From Takakia lepidozioides (Eukaryota; Plantae; Bryophyta): a DNA stretch of 64,000 bases. Below the pieces are notes generated by a model. The model saw only the letters and a list, made by a program, of their open reading frames with translations, did not search any database and was not told the DNA's origin. Where the stretch lies: assembly GCA_030704615.1 (NCBI GenBank), contig CM060732.1, positions 63,612,001 to 63,676,000 on the forward strand. The letters run 5' to 3'. A program made the translations under genes and the position numbers. This document shows positions 62,481-64,000 of this stretch, piece by piece. How positions within the stretch are numbered: position 1 is the stretch's first letter; the number at the start of each line of letters is the position of its first letter.

Positions 62481-64000
62481 CAATTATTGATGTAACACAT
62501 AATGATCATACCATTGATACGATTATTTCTTAATATTACTATATGATTGATGAATTATTTTAAAATATTCATATCAAACAAAATATTTATTAATACTCCA
62601 AAATATTAATATCACATCTTCAAATAATGAGAGTATGACATTCTTTAAGTATTGGTAATTTTAAATTGATTATGATTATTAATCAATTCATAACTAATTA
62701 TTCTAGTCGGAAGTTACTTATGACTACATTAGTTACCATGAATGAAGGCATGAAATTCAAATTATTCGTATGCAATTTGAATACCAAAATAATGTGGTCA
62801 TTGGACGCAATTAGATGATGGTTAGAAACTTCCGTGACGAAAACTAATGATTGTGTGACGACGTTCACACTCCAAATTGGGGGGTTCAGCATATAAGAAT
62901 GCCTACAATATGTCATGCAATATAATATTACACAAAATATATATTACATATACGTTACACAATATATATTCGGATTAATACAAATGAGTGAGTGAGTTAC
63001 GGGCGCGGGCCAATTCCAAACTGAAGGAAAAAAAAAAACATTATAAAGTAAGTTTTAATCGGTGGATGACTTACCGCACCTTGAGAATACGTCGAGGCAG
63101 TCAATTGATACCAAGTCTGACCGACCAAGGCCTCGTTGGTGTAATGGTGTGGCCACCGTACTTTCTCCCTATGATAAGGTATAATATACAACAATAACAA
63201 ACATAAGATAAATAAAAATAAAATAAAAAACTCAAACCAAAATACAACACAAAATAACAAGCGAAAAGTGAAGGCTTACTTGAGGAGCTCGAGGAAGAAC
63301 TTGTGTGAGGAACAAATGAGAGCTCCAGATATTTATATCTGGGATGAGCCCTTAAGCAATGATGTACGGATGATGTACGGATGATACCATCTGGATGACC
63401 TTGTGGATGAATTTTTAACAATGTGATATGGATGGTATGACTAGGATGTAGAGTAATAATTATTGATGAGAAAATGTATGACCGTGGATGAGAAGTCATT
63501 ATTACGAAAGCCCTAGGATGGTTGATACTATCATTAAGATCAAATAAGACAAATGAACTTGAGTGCATGACATGTGATTGACTACTGAGATTTTTGTTTC
63601 ACATGAAATTTGAATATGATGCAATCATTGTTTACATGAAGTTTGAATATGACACAATCATTGCGACTTGCACGCTTCGAAAACTGGCTAGAGCCATTCC
63701 CTCATTGTCCATATTGTAAGTGACCGAATTATACCCGATTTTACAAGTCATAAGTTGTAAAAATACAGGCTAAAACCTTTCCCTCATTGTAAGTGACCAA
63801 CTATACCCGATTTTAGAAGTCATAAATCATAAAAATACCTTAAAGATTCTTAAAAAAAGGTATCTTTACACATAACTGATGGGGAAGGATTCCAACTTGG
63901 ATTAAAATGTTGTCCAAAATGCTATTTGTATAACAAAATATCTACAACAAAATGTGTCTAAAAGTTTCTTACATTAGAGTTATCAGATCTGAGTTTCAAC

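Noticed and set aside
62690-63170. Further exon-like minus-strand segments as 5' exons of the RAG1-like transposase
   Set aside because: Splice signals exist, but no motif or frame links them, and an LTR fragment and a plus-strand ORF intervene.

Overview
Eukaryotic, land-plant DNA. A bryophyte or other non-seed plant is inferred from the PLS/DYW PPR fragments and the TE families present. The window is almost entirely nested, decayed transposable elements, and no intact host gene was recognised. Main structures, left to right: (1) a Ty3/gypsy 5' half (LTR-PBS-gag-PR) and a stack of related LTRs; (2) a 5-kb CACTA element carrying PPR fragments; (3) a Ty3/gypsy pol relic with a complete C5-cytosine DNA-methyltransferase domain in frame upstream of RT and a PHD-finger start after integrase; (4) a Ty1/copia element inserted in that PHD finger, itself interrupted by a 5-kb TIR element (8-bp TSD) packed with PPR-E-DYW fragments, with its RT inverted; (5) a pol-less LTR element with extra ORFs on both sides of gag; (6) a Mutator-like element (9-bp TSD) with a WRKY/GCM1-type zinc-finger transposase and about 4.5 kb of palindromic foldback repeats, inserted in an RRM-type ORF1-like relic; (7) an intron-rich transposase pseudogene with RAG1/Transib/Chapaev-like motifs and a homeodomain-like tail, whose introns hold a self-priming chromovirus and a Tc1/mariner MITE. 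The strongest candidates for novel biology are the DNMT+PHD retrotransposon, PPR/DYW capture by two DNA-transposon superfamilies, and the RAG1-like transposase in a plant. All calls come from reading the sequence by eye; no database searches were run.
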